Source of the DNA: Eledone cirrhosa
Taxonomy: Eukaryota
DNA length: 64,000 bases
Direction: 5' to 3'
NCBI GenBank assembly: GCA_964016885.1
Contig: OZ024742.1
Location: forward strand, 73,408,001 to 73,472,000
Below, one piece after another: positions 40,969 through 62,164 of the stretch. The notes beneath the pieces are model-generated. The model did not search any database. It saw only the letters and a list, made by a program, of their open reading frames with translations, and was not told the DNA's origin. Position numbers and translations under genes: made by a program. How positions within the stretch are numbered: the first letter of the stretch is position 1; every line of letters begins with the position of its first letter.

Positions 40969-41981
40969 ATATCCATCTCCCCCACTAATACTATCACATA
41001 TTTTCACTGTTATCCATCAGTTACTATTGCAGTACTCCTTCATCAATCACTGTTTTGACATCCATTACTCTCTCATTTCCAGTACTCTCTTTTCTACTAC
41101 TCTGTTTCCTTCCTATGATTCTTTTTAACCTCGTCACACCACATAAGCTTTTTCTATTCAACTCCTTACCAACAATTGAGAGTAATGGAAGATTACCAGA
41201 GTGATAGAAATAAGAAAGAGTGAAACAGTTACATAACTATTTCACTCTTTCTTATTTCTATCACTCTGGTAATCTTCCATTACTCTCTCCTGTATTATCT
41301 TCTCACCAAGACAAAGCAAGTCCTGCTGTCACAGTAAGATGCACCAATACACTGTAAAGTGACTGGTGATGGGAATGGAATCCTGTTGTACACACAAACA
41401 AGATCAAAGTCTTTTAGAATATTTTTAGAGAATGCAGTGGGAGTAGACCTTGTCTATAAGCCAACTTGGTGAAAGCAGTGGACATCTTTTGATCTTACTC
41501 TCCTCAGCAAATTTGGTTAAACTAAAACTCAACAAGTTGCTTGGACTAGAATGCCCAAATATAGATATAGGAAGTGGAAAAGAAATTCTGTACTAATCAT
41601 GTGTGTCAACAAAGAGTAGAGGGGAAATGCCTGAGAGGAGCGTTCTGCATGAAGTGTGTGTGTGTGCACATATATATATATATTGCTAGCCATCACTCTT
41701 GCTTGCTCATTACTCCCCCCCTTATTGCTAGCCATCATTCACACTTTCTCTCATTACTGCTTATATATATATAGTGCAGATAATTATGGTGCTTATCCAT
41801 GGAGGTTATGCTGTAACATCATGAGGATAAACCAGTTTAAGCAATCTAAAAGCATTTCATGTCAGTAGCGTATCCCAAGTTAAATGTTGGTGTTAGGTGT
41901 GACAGAGTTTCCATTTATGGAATGTTGTTAAGACAGGGCTACATTGACATAATTGTTTTATTGCATTATATATATTTCAAT

Positions 41982-42170
41982 AAGGGCGGAGGATTGGCAG
42001 TATCGGTAGAGGGTTGGACGCCATGCTTTGACGCATAGAGTTACGGTCCTTGCTATTCTGAGTTCAAATCCCGCCGAGGTTAACTTTGCCTTTCATCCTT
42101 TCGGGGTCGATAAAATAAAGTACCAGTAATACACTGGTTAATTGCTGGCCTTGTGCCAAATGTAGAAACA
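41982..42170 (+). mobile_element. SINE family 1 copy with 17-bp TSD
   Basis: ATTATATATATTTCAAT at 41965-41981 and 42171-42187. Confidence 0.9.
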
Positions 42171-43449
42171 ATTATATATATTTCAATGACATGGTTATAC
42201 AATGGTTATATCATTAACAGTTTCCATGCGACATCATCAGATGCTCATACAATTATGAGGTGTAATTATACAAGTATGCAGATATGCTGCTGGTAACGTA
42301 TTACCACCTTGGTGTGGTGTGAGCGAGCATATGAGATACTGAATCTCGTTTTTTTTACCAATGTCTAGTGGCCTATTGGTTGGTGGTATATATATATATA
42401 GTGTTGCTGTTTGAATATGGTAAGTAGAAAAAAAACTTAAGTTTCTGTTTTAAGAAATGTGTCTCATCAGATGGTGTACAAAAAGAGGGTATCTCTCTAT
42501 GACCAGCATTTCATGCTTATCACTCACATGGAATTAGATATAAAATTTCCCAGAATAGACAAATGTACTGAAAAACAGACACTTATATTTACACACAACT
42601 GGATGAAGCTACCTTCCAAGAAAATCACCTCAAACTGCTCAACATGGAATTAAGTTCCTAGGGGTATGTCATAGGGTAGGTGTAATGGAAGAGATAGTGA
42701 CAGCTATGTAGAAGTTGTTCATGATTGGTAGATGGAAATATAACAACAAAGTGGAGTAATGTTAAGGGAGAGTAACTGATGAATAGCGACAGGGATGGAT
42801 GATGGTGACAGTGGTAGATGTTAACTAAAAGGCACAATGGAGGTTAGTGGTAGAGGATGACAGAGAGAATTATAGTTACTAGTATGATGTGACTGTATTG
42901 GATATGGGTAGATAAGAAGCTCTCCTTTGTTACATAGATGGGTGATGATGGAAGAAAGACAGAGGGATAGGTGACGGTGGGAGATAGATGGATGACTGTG
43001 GTAGAGGGATATATGGGTGACATGGGAAAATGGTAGATAGGTGATGGTGGGGAAGTGGTAGATGGGTGATGGTGGAAGAGAGATAGATGGGCAATGGTGG
43101 GGGAGAGGTAGATGAGTGATGGTGGAGTGGTAGATGGGTGATGGTGGGTGAGAGATAGATGGGTGATGGTGGGGGAGTGGTAGATGGTAGGAGAGAGATA
43201 GATGGGTGATGGTGGGGGAGTGGTAGATGGGTGATGGTAGGAGAATGATAGATGGGTGATGGTGGAGAATGATAGATGGGTGACTGTGGGAGATAGATAG
43301 ATGGATGATGGAGAGATTGAATGAAGACAAATGAATGGCATCCATGAGGCATGGTAGAGTGGTGAACAGTACAGATGGTGATAGATGAGGAGGAAAGAAA
43401 TATCCAAGAAGTGGGAGTTGAGGACTTAACAAGAGTCTACTGGGGTGAA

Positions 43450-43855
43450 TCATCAACATCATTTTAACCAGTTTTGCCTTGTTTGTGCCAATGGGTTGAT
43501 CTTCTTCAGCACCAGTCTCCAATTGTCATGATCACATGTCATCTCCTTCATAAAATGCTGCATTATGAGGTCAGTCTTTACCACATTGTCCCATGTTTTC
43601 CTGGGTCTCCCTTCTCCCAGCCATGTCAAACATTTATTACATCTGTAGACAACATACATCTTCCATATGCTCCCACCAATGTAGTCTTCTCTCTTACACC
43701 TTACATCCGATGTCTAATATATCCAGTTTTCTCTCGGGTCATTTCTGTTCAATCATTCATGTATACTAATATTCCACATCCAGCAGAGCATGTTCACCTA
43801 ATGTTCTGCATTCAATACTCACTGTTCATACAAAAGCGTCATAGTTTGCCCCAGT
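43450..43855 (-). mobile_element. Old RTE 3' fragment
   Basis: GRPRKTWDNVVKTDL...CDHDNWR C-terminal motif, degraded. Confidence 0.7.
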
Positions 43856-44859
43856 GAGAATATTTTTGTTTCCAGCAAAGTTAACAGCAATCTGTACATT
43901 TTATACCATTTTTTTAAAAGCTAGTTATTGTATTGTGATGGCAGTGAATTGGCAGTCATCAGAACATAGAACATGGAATAGAAGGCTTTGTGGTCTTTGT
44001 TTCAGTCCTCTGAGTTCAAATCCTGCTGAGGTCAACTTTGCTTTTCATCTTTTTGAGGTCGATAAATAAAGTATCAGTCTAATAATTCCATGTTGATCCT
44101 TCCTCTAGAAGCAATCTACTCCCCCCCCCCTCCCCGCCGGCACAGGCTGTATATCATGATGACACTTCCACAACCCCATTAGTTTGGAGATCATGGATGC
44201 ATTAGGTTTTCTGTATAAACCACCCCCCTCTCTATTTATATATATATATATATATATTTTTTCTTTCTTTCTCTCTCTTTATATATATATATATATATAT
44301 ATATTACTAATTTTAGTCATTAGACCGCAGCTGGGGAATGACTAAAACGGAAGTAGATCGTATTGAACCCTGCAATTATTTTTTCAAGTCTGATAATTTT
44401 AAAAATCGGTCTCCGTTTGCCGAACCATTAAGTTACCTGATATGAACAAACAGTAAAAGTAAATGCAAACACGAACGGACACATAAATACACGCATTTTC
44501 CATTTACCAAATTTCCCTCACCAAGGCACTGGATAACCCACTTACCCTGGGATTGAACCCGATATCATGATTACAAAGAGTACTTCTTAATGACAGTCAT
44601 ATATATATATATACGCATACACACACATTATATATACGCATACACACACATATATATACTCCAGTATGGCCTCAGTCTAATGAATGACCACAGTAAAAGA
44701 ATAAAGTATTTTATATATACATGTTACATGTGTGTGTCTATATATATATATTTATATACACACACATATGTATATATAAAACGACCGCAAGCAGTGGTTA
44801 TGCTGTATGTATATATTATATGTATTTATTTCACATTTACGTAAATTATTTTATTATAC

Positions 44860-45372
44860 ACATATATTTATTATAATATATATATAAATAGGATATATGT
44901 ACATATATTGTATACTATATATACATATATAATGAATACAATATATATATTGTATACTATATATATAATTTATACAATATATATATATATTGTATACTAT
45001 ATATATATATATATATATAATTTATACAATATATATATATATAATTTATACAATATATATATATAATTTATACAATATATATATATGTTGTATACTATAT
45101 ATATAGTATAATATATATATATATATATTGTATACTATATATATATATATTGTATACTATATATATATATATTGTATACGATATATATATATATTGTATA
45201 CGATATATATATATATTGTATACGATATATATATATATTGTATACGATATATATATATATTGTATACGATATATATATATATATATTGTATACTATATAT
45301 ATATATATTGTATACTATATATATATATTGTATACTATATATATACATATATAATGTATACAATATGTATAT
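44860..45372. repeat. TA-based minisatellite (TATATATTGTATAC(T/G)A units)
   Basis: Direct reading. Confidence 0.92.
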
Positions 45373-45446
45373 ATAGTATGTTCTTGTGGGGATGTTGAAC
45401 GTAAACAAAGATAAACGTTATTTTTGTTGTTTGTTTTGCCACTTAC

Positions 45447-45554
45447 AGGTACTTTGTGAAGTTGCCAGACATCGACATTATCAGCGGAGACTTTCAAGAA
45501 GTTGTGAACAGAAGCCAGAAATTCTTCTTCGGAAATCGAACCTGCCGCCGTCAT
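45447..45554 (-). CDS. ATG10: First coding exon of ubiquitin-like-conjugating enzyme ATG10
   Basis: MTAAGSISEEEFLASVHNFLKVSADNVDVWQLHKVP (36 codons) is followed by a perfect donor CCT|GTAAGT, phase 0. The pattern I..E.F......F..S...D.W matches the ATG10 N-terminus as I recall it, and the neighbouring SSBP gene supports the call. I could not locate later exons in the window. Confidence 0.75.
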
Positions 45555-46119
45555 CTCTTCATGGATGTACAATGGACCGGCCTTAGGGAAACCCCTTTAC
45601 GTTCTAGGTGGGTTAAGGTTTAGAATCGTGGCAACATCCGGCTAAAAGCCACCATTATTAAGCAATATATATAAAATATACAGCGTATATAAGTAAATAA
45701 TTTTATTTGCAGTAGAAATAGTGGAGAGACGGCTTTGCGGTGACCAGTTAAGAGTAAGTGTAGTGAGTTAGGAGTCATGTTGGCATCCCTTCCCTCTCTT
45801 ATAGGAATCGTCTAGAGCCAGCAGTTTCAAGGTACCCCGCCTCTATTCACTCCGTGGAGTCTCTGAAAATATAGGTCAACTGCTGAAGGCTTTTATTATT
45901 TAAATTTTCTTCATTGATCCAGCCAGTTCTCGCTAAAACTAAATAGTTAACATCTCCCCCCCCCCCTCTCATTCACGTATACACACCACAACGTGTAATA
46001 TATATATATATATATATATATATAAAGAGCGAGAGAGAGAAATACTAATCTGTAATAAATACATAATTACCAAAATAACAAAATACACTAAAATACTTGA
46101 ATGTACTTAAACATCGACA

Positions 46120-51795
<5,676 letters not shown>

Positions 51796-52264
51796 TACAA
51801 TATTACATAAATGGAAAACTATATTTATAAAACCATATTTATTTCATTATATATATTTCGGGGATATCATATTAACAATATGCTATGCCTTCATCAGACA
51901 AAATACAATATAAACAGTTTTATAGATAAATATATTCGACATACCGTAATAAACATCGACTTCATTTGAAGAGGTTTACGCTAGCAGTCCTAGCGTAAAC
52001 CTCTTCAAATGAAGTCGATGTTTATTACGGTATGTCGAATATATTTATCTATAAAACTGTTTATATTGTATTTTGTCTGATGAAGGCATAGCATATTGTT
52101 AATATGATATCCCCGAAATATATACAATGAAATAAATATGGTTTTATAAATATAGTTTTCCATTTATTTAATATTGTAAATATACTCCAAATATTTGTCG
52201 AGTGCTTTTATATCAGTTATAAATATTTACTAGTTGTAACCCAACAATTTTAAATATAACTTTA
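51796..52264 (+). mobile_element. Fold-back hammerhead element B in (TA)n
   Basis: Arms 51796-51984 and 51990-52178 are near-perfect reverse complements with spacer CAGTC. An ~86-nt tail follows. Confidence 0.78.
51840..51905 (-). ncRNA. Hammerhead-like motif (mirror copy on plus strand, 52069-52134)
   Basis: TATTTTGT-CTGATGA-AGGCATAG CATATT GTT AATATG ATATCCCC-GAAA-TATATA-TA-ATGAAATA. The plus-arm copy has CA instead of TA at the cleavage site. Confidence 0.65.
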
Positions 52265-53682
<1,418 letters not shown>

Positions 53683-53941
53683 GTAATAATAATAAATTTG
53701 AAGACTAAAATCCAAAGAGGGCTCGATAAGGATAAATATATGGCTGAAAGCAGCGATTCTTTGCTTAAACTTTAATCTGTTATTTTAAAATAGGGCGCAC
53801 ATGACAAAGACAATGGAAAAACAACGGAAAGATGAACATTCCCATCTCATCAGTCAACCTTTTAAAATCTCTACGGTTTCGGTTAATTTAGATTGAGATC
53901 ATTCATTCCAGTGCACATTGGGACATAACAAAACAGCTTAT

Positions 53942-54000
<59 letters not shown>

Positions 54001-55184
54001 GTGTATGTATGTATGTATATATGAAATATATATTTAGATAAACACTGAACTATTAAAAGAAGTATATTACAAAATAGCAGTTCTTCAAACGAAGAGGGTG
54101 CAAGTTCAAATTGTGTTGGCAACCGAGTCAAAAATAATTTTTAAGTAATTATTTTAAAAATTCCAGTTAGTTTTTTTTTTTTCGTTTTTGTTTTTGCAGT
54201 GCAGGAAAGAAATAATTTGGCTGAGATAATTCCTACTTCCAGTAAATATTGCATCTTTGTGGTAAATGATATTGTTTAATGACAGTTGGTGTTTGATAGT
54301 CATGTCGCTTGTGAGACTCCAGTATAAAGCACAAGTTGTCATGCGGTACTTCGTTATTAATAATATTAACGGTGAAAATAATGATTTCTTACATTTTTAA
54401 TAATGATAATAATGATAATGATAATAATACTAGCGATAATACTGTTTTCTCTCTCCCTCTTTCACATGGAATACGTAATTGTATTTTATTCACTTAACGA
54501 AGGAAAATATTTTATTCTACGTACTCCCTCCCCTTCACTGCGTGTATTGAACAGTGAGAGAGGGGAAAAGTAAGAGTATGTATATGTATGTCATTCACCT
54601 CCCTCTCTCTACAACCATGTGTGTATGTATTAAAAATACGTCTTTACAGTGTACGTGAGTGTCTCTTTAAATACTTGTGTGTATAGGCATGTACGTAGTG
54701 TGTGTGTATTGGTTATGTGCAAGGAGAGAGATAGTGTGAGTAATAGAGAAAAAGAGAATAGTAGGTAGAAGAAGGAGACCGAGTTGGAAATAAAAGTGTG
54801 TAAGAGCTAATAAGGAGGTTTGCTTCTCAAGGGGAGAAGGTAGTAGGTGAAGTGAAGATGGCCTGAAAAACTAAAGTATATGTAGAGAGGGGTAAGCTTG
54901 TAAAGGGGAGGAGTGAGTGAGTAGTAGTAGTAGGTAAACTAAGAGAAGCGTGTACGTGCATAGAAAGAGGTAAGTTGTATAAAAGGGAAGGAAAGAGTGT
55001 AGGTGTTGAAGAAAAACCATATGTAAAGAGAGAGAGAGAAAGAAAGAGGAGTAGGTGGAGGAATGACGTAGTCGACAGATTTATATAGAGAGGGGTAAAG
55101 CTGTGTAAGAGGAAAAGGAGTAGGAGTAGGAAAGAGTGTAAGTGTAGTTGTATGTTCGTATGTGTGTGTTGGGGGATGAAGTGG

Positions 55185-55391
55185 CAGATAATTGGCTGAG
55201 CGCCAATCAGCCTTTGTCAGTCTAGCAGCACATGATATCGTAGCCGACTGTTTCAAGGTGCTCCAAAGTTACTATAATTAACTACCCAATCGTAACTTGC
55301 CTTTTGACAGCTCTCCTTGACGTTGGCAAGGCAACGGGGTCAGTGTCGTCCTTGATGGCTTGACAGGTGCCGTGACACTTCAGCTACAAGC
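55185..55391 (+). promoter_or_regulatory. Putative SSBP promoter / 5' UTR with CCAAT boxes
   Basis: ATTGG at 55191 and CCAAT at 55203 and ~55286 lie in a GC-richer island directly upstream of the ATG. Confidence 0.5.
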
Positions 55392-55447
55392 ATGTACGCC
55401 AAAGGGAAAGGCTCTACAGTGCCGTCTGATGCTCAAGCTAGGGAAAA
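55392..55447 (+). CDS. SSBP3: SSBP2/3/4 (Ssdp) single-stranded DNA-binding protein, exon 1
   Basis: MYAKGKGSTVPSDAQARE(K) followed by donor AA|GTAAGT, phase 2. Nearly identical to the vertebrate SSBP3/SSBP2 N-terminus. The paralog label is nominal. Confidence 0.95.
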
Positions 55448-57989
55448 GTAAGTACTGCTACAGCCGCACCGACACCACTATTATTATTATTATTATTATT
55501 CTACCCCTCCCTCTCACTCTTTCTCTCGATCTGTTCCGTCTGTCGTCCTCCCTCCCTCCCTGATTCAATGTCTTTAAATTTCTTCTCCAACTTTATTATT
55601 ATTGTTGTTGTAACTGTTGTTGTTTCTTATTGTTTTCTCTTGTTATGGTTGTTGTTGTTGTATTCCACATGCCTCTAGCACGTTTGTTTATATGTATGTC
55701 TCCTCTGGGACAGGAACTCAAGAGGGCGAAGAAGCCTAAAACCCTCGACATTATGGTAAATACACGAAACACATGTAGCCATGGGTTTGTTTTAATTAAA
55801 ACTCCTTCACCTTCCCAAGTAAAGAAACCACCTGACGGATCTAATTGATTCCTTATTTATTTATTATCCATTCTCCTCACATTTCACCTTTCATTAATAA
55901 CGACCCGTTTCTTCATCTTACAACACACGAACCATTAGTATTTTTCTACAGAAACCTAACAGCCATCTGACCTTATTCACACATTCTAATCATATTACTA
56001 TTATTTCAAATATATAAACTAAATACCAGCAATATATTACAATCAGATCTGTTCCCTTTCTATAAGTTTATTATACCATTGCACTGGTAAAATAAGCCGG
56101 GTTTGTCGGTCCAGTTTCACTTCATTTATACTAAATACTCAGAAAAGATATATACCAACATCACAACATCCTATTTGTCCATTTCTTTCCATAAACCTCA
56201 CATCTTGTCTCTAATATAAACCACCAGAATTATCCACAAGGCCGATCATTTTAGCGTATAAACATTCGGATATTATTGAATTAGATATCCTCTTTGCTGT
56301 TTTGTAACTTTACTTAACCATTAGACCTACCAGTAATATATACTGTCTTTTTTTGGATTAAAATAATGGTATATAGTGTGATTGTTTGGATTAAAATAAT
56401 GGTATATCAGTTAGTTGGTAGTAAGTCATGGTTATACATAAAGGTGTTTTAAGAGGATCGTGGCCGTTGTACCAAGTTAATAAATAAAGGTGGTTATTTA
56501 AACGAAGTGTTGTGGTCTGAGAATCAGTGTTGTGGTTTGGCGTTCAGTGTTGCAGTTTGGGAATCAGTGTTTAAAGGTGGTTATTTAAATGAATTGTTGT
56601 GGTCTGGGACCAGTGTTGTAGTTTGGGAGTCAATGATTAAAGGTGATTATTGATATTTTATGTCCGAAGAGGATAACGGCTTGAGAGTGGTGGTGGTGGC
56701 TTGGCTGTTCTTACTACCGGCGGCACCAAATGGCCGGTTATGGTCAACACAAACAAAACTTCCTACACACTTCCAGTCATATTACACATACATGCATACA
56801 CTCGACCGGTCTCATAACACCACATGTGTCAACACATACAGCCGGTTTCACAGTACTACCTACCTACATACATATACAGCTTCGACCTGCTAACAGTAAC
56901 AGTAAAAGCTCCCTCAAATTACACTCCACCACCAGAGAAAAAATAAAGAAAGGATACGTTGGATAACGTAGTCCTAGATTTACTATTTCTGAAAAAAAAA
57001 AGAGGGGATTTTTTGGTTGGAATAATTTTGATCATTGATCTGGGGTTAAACATCACACGAACAAACGAGGGAGCTTCTAGGCTGCCCTTCAACGAACTAG
57101 AAATAGCAGCCATCTCTCTCAAACTGCACTCTACCATCTTAAAAGAATGGTACATTGGACAGTTAGTCCCCGATAAACACAAACACAGAATGGTCCTTAC
57201 TTTTGATCAGGGTTGACCTGTGGCTCAATAACAACACAACTTCACTTATAACACACACATGCGAGTCAACGAGACAGCTACTTAGTTGCTCACCCTGCCA
57301 AATCATTACCTCCTGTCTTAAAATAAAAGAGGTACCACATTGAACAAACCATTTCACTACACATACCAAGGCATTCTTTATATGGTAACTTGATTTGTTA
57401 GAAACAGCAGCCAGATCATAACCTCTTGTTTTAACATAAAGATGTACCACATTGAACAAACCAAGGTACTCTCTCTCTATATATGGTAGCTTGGTCTTTT
57501 TAGAAATAGCAGCCAGATCATAACCTCTTGTTTGTCTTAACTTAAAGAGGTACTACATTGAACAAACCACTTCACTACACATACCAGCAAGGTACTCTCT
57601 ATATGGTAGCTTGATTTATTGGAAACAGCAGCCAAATATCTACCGAAATCACACCCTAACATTTTAAGAAGAAAAAAAAAAATGGGAATAGATATATTAG
57701 TTAAAGTAATTGTAAATATCCTTTAAACAGACACGATGGTCATAACTGGAAGACCTTTAGTCATAGATCTGATCGATCACAGTTGATTTGGGACAAAACA
57801 GAAACTATAATCAGAGTATGAGGGAACTAAAACAGCATCTTACTACACCACTTTCACATTTATATAAGACATATTTATGTATAAACATAGCATATATATA
57901 CTTTGTATTTATGTGTGTGCGCGTACATATAAATATATATATTTATACATATATAACATCGCTATAACCACACGGCCTCATATCATGGA

Positions 57990-58082
57990 CACAGGTTTAC
58001 CATACCACATATATACACAGCCTCACTACACCACATACACTGCCTCACTACATCATGTATATATACACTGCCTCACTTTATC

Positions 58083-58148
<66 letters not shown>

Positions 58149-59354
58149 GTATTTATAGTGTAGTGATGCTGTGTATATATGCAGTGCTGGGAGGCTGTGT
58201 GTGTATATATATATACACCCAGCCTCCCAGCACTGCATATATACACAGCATCACTACACCATATATACACACAACACTACACCATGCATACACAGGCTCA
58301 TTACATCACATAGATACACAGCCTCACTACACCACATACACAGCCTCACTACATCATATATACACAATCTCACTACACCACATATATAGTCTCACTACAC
58401 CATATATACAGTCTCACTATACCATATATATATATGGCCTCACTACATCATGAATATATACACAACCTCACTACATCATATTTATATATATATATATATA
58501 TATATAGTCTCACTACATCACATATATACACATCACTACATCACATGTACAACCTCACTACATCACATATGCAACCTCACTACATCATAATATATACGCA
58601 GCATCACTACACCATATATACATACACAGCCTCACTACATCACATATACACATCCCCACAGCACATACAAACAACCTTACTACACCATATATACATTCAG
58701 CCTCAGTACACCATATAATACACACAGCCTAACTGCATCACATACAGTATATACACATCCTCACTACACCATATATACACACAGTTTCACTACACCACAC
58801 ATATATATAGCCTCACTACATCACATATATACACAACCCCACTACATCACATATATACACAACCCCACTACATCATATATACAGCCTCACTATATCACAC
58901 ATACACAGCCTCACTACACCATATACACACACAACCTCACTACACCACATATATACACAGCCTAAATACATCATATATATATATATACATACTCACTACA
59001 CCATATGTATATAGCCTCACCACATATACAGTCTAACTACATCACATATACAGTCTCACTACACCACATATATATATATACATAGCCTCACAACACTACA
59101 TATATACACAACATAAATACATCATATATATATATACATATCAAATACACCACATACACAGCCTATCATATATACACACAACCTCACTACATCATGTATA
59201 CCCACAACCTAACTACATCACATATACACAACCTAATTACACCGCATAAACACACAACCTCCTCACTACATCACATATATACACAGCCTTCACTACACCA
59301 TATATACACACAACCTCATTACACCATATATACACAACATCACTATATCACACT

Positions 59355-59399
<45 letters not shown>

Positions 59400-59440
59400 C
59401 TTCACTACATCACATATATACTCATCATCATTATATTATA
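57990..59440. repeat. Degenerate minisatellite CAGCCTCACTACACCATATATACAC
   Basis: Dozens of variable 20-30 bp units. Confidence 0.92.
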
Positions 59441-61549
59441 CATGCAGTTAGAAGTAACTGTTTGACTGTTAGAAGTAGCAGTCATATCTCCCCAAAATCT
59501 TATCCTATCGACTTAAAAAAGACGGGATGGTTACGTCTGGAATGGCTTTAGTGATGATTAACCTGGTCCTAAACAACTGTCTCACTTCAGCACATGTACC
59601 TCATTACCAGCAAGAAGCAGCTTCTTCGTGGCTTTTAGATCGGCTAGAAATAGGTGTCGCATTAAATATCATAATGGCATATTAAATAATATAATAAACC
59701 CTGAAAACGGGATGGTCATGGTGGAAATGTCTTTATAGATCTGCTAGATTATGGTTAACCTAACATACAGCCTTTATACAACCACATAAAATATAATACG
59801 TATACATATATGCACTGACTACCATACACGTAAATGTGTGTGTATACATACATATATATATATATGTGTGCATATATACTCACTATATATATATATATAT
59901 AGTGTGTGTGTATGTATACACACATGTACACTGATTAAGACATACAGACAGACGAAAACTGACTAATATCTGAAATTTCTATTTCCCTCCCAAAATTTTA
60001 CTGAATCTCTACTCCTCCCCAGTTGCTGCTGCTGTCTTTGTTGTTGTTGACTCTACACAAGTTGTTGTTAACTCTACACTAGTTGTATTAATCATATTTT
60101 CCCCATTTCTATCATATAATAAATTAAAGTGAAGTCAACTCAATCCCTTCTTGTTCCTCATCCTTATCCAGCGTGTGTTTTAAATCATTTTTTTCTATTT
60201 CTTCATCCATCTCACTGCTTGTCCCCTTTTTTTCTTATCTTCTACTTATCTTACATTCCTTAATGTGTTAAAACTCTTCTAATAAAAACCCCATCCCATC
60301 TAAATCTGTGTCCCCTCCATTGTACCAAGTTAGCTTGCATTCATTAAAAAAAAAAATTGTACACATCCTGTTATCCCACTTTCTTGCATTAAACCTCTTC
60401 TCTAATTGTTAATGTGCACCTCTCTATCTATTATACTCTCTCTAGCTTGTTATCCCTCTATATTATATCCCTTTCGTATTCCTTTTTCTATATCTATGCC
60501 CAGTCCAACTATAATCATCTCTCTTTTTATTTCTGGCCTTTATATATATTTCTCCTTAATTTTTATATGAGCAGGACAATAAGGGTGCTTTAACATGCTC
60601 ATTCTACCTGCTAAAAATAGTAGCTAAATTATACCCTCTTAAAAAAAGGAACAAACTGAATAATGTAGTTGTAGATACAGAGGATAGTTATGGCTGGAAC
60701 AGTTTTAGTCATAGGTTTCCTTCATCTCAGCTGACCTGCTATTAAATGAAACTAACTTCCAGTTTTGAATGTTATCCCCTTTAAGCACTTTCCTTCAAGT
60801 GCAACAGTACCCCTTCCTCCTTTCATCAATTGATATATCCTTAATAAATAATTGTTTCTACTTTTGGCACAAGGCCAGCATTTATCTCAGTTTATTACTG
60901 GTACTTTATTTTATCGACCCCGTAAGAATGAAAGGCAATTTGAAAATAATCGGCGGATTTGAAAATAATGTTAGCCCTTACCACTACTGTATTAAACACA
61001 TTCAGCTGTAAACATGTGGCAACTGCTTCAACTACCATTCATTGTTCTGTATTTCACTACCACTACTACTATTTAAATAAACATCTATAATGTGCTTTTG
61101 TCCTCCATTATAGCACACACGCATATATCTCTATATATACATACACAAATATGTATATATGAACGTGTTTGTGTGCCTGTTTTTCCATTGTCTTTGTCCT
61201 ATGCCCCCATTTTTAATCCATATATATGTATATATACATATATGCATGTACATGCTTTTATGTATGCATATGAGAGGTATATGCTTGTATACATCTGCTT
61301 GTATACATCTGCATGTATGTAGATCTTGGAATATTTGTGCTGAGTTGTGTGTATCTACACTTCATGTACACAAAAACACATTTCACGTGTGTATTTGTGT
61401 ATATATATATAGATATATTTATAAAGCTGTGAAGCTATGCTAATGATTTGGGAAATTGGAGGGTATATATATATGTGTGTATAAAGTGAAGCTACACTAG
61501 TGATTTGGGAAATTGGAGGGTATATAGATATGTATGTGTGCATATATCA

Positions 61550-61887
61550 TTTCATCATCATTTCATTTTACATCCGCTTTTTCCCTGCTTGCAAGGGTGG
61601 GACGGGAACTGATTCTGGCTTGATTTCTACAGCTGGATGCCCTTCCTAACACCAACCTCATTTACAGTGAGTGCAGGGTGCTTTTTTGCCGTGGCACCTC
61701 CACGACCACTTTGCAGTGGAATGATAGGGACCTCAGTCCTATCATCTCATTTCTACAGCTGAGTAAACTGGAGCAATGTGAAATAAAGTGTCTTGCTCAA
61801 GGAAAGAACACATAACCCGGTCTGAGAATTGAACTCACAACCTTTCGATTGCAAGGCCAATGCTCTAACCACTAAGCCATGTGCCTC
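61550..61887 (-). mobile_element. SINE family 2 copy
   Basis: Near-identical reverse complement of 26563-26886. Confidence 0.88.
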
Positions 61888-61949
61888 CATTTATATGTAT
61901 ATGTATATATATATTTGTCTCTATGTATGTGTATGTGTGTGTGTGTGTG

Positions 61950-61984
<35 letters not shown>

Positions 61985-61989
<5 letters not shown>

Positions 61990-62164
61990 AACGAGTCGGA
62001 CCCCGACGGCTGAGCTCAAGCCGTTTCGACGGCTAATTCGAAACGGCTTGAGCTCAGCCGTCGGGGTCCTACTCGCTCCTATTACCCACTCTACTACCTT
62101 AAGTATTGAGTACTTTGGTGCGTTATGGTCCACCTGGTTCCTTACCACATTTCCTTCGTTATAT

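Noticed and set aside
42425-42475. Minus-strand CTGATGA...GAAACTTAAGTT
   Set aside because: Neither stem I nor stem II can pair, so it is probably chance.
42821-43522. 233-aa His/Pro/Ser-rich ORF
   Set aside because: It is a translation of a degenerate GATG/GGT simple repeat.
53830-53860. Minus-strand CTGATGA-GATG...CATC
   Set aside because: Stem II is present but GAAA is absent.
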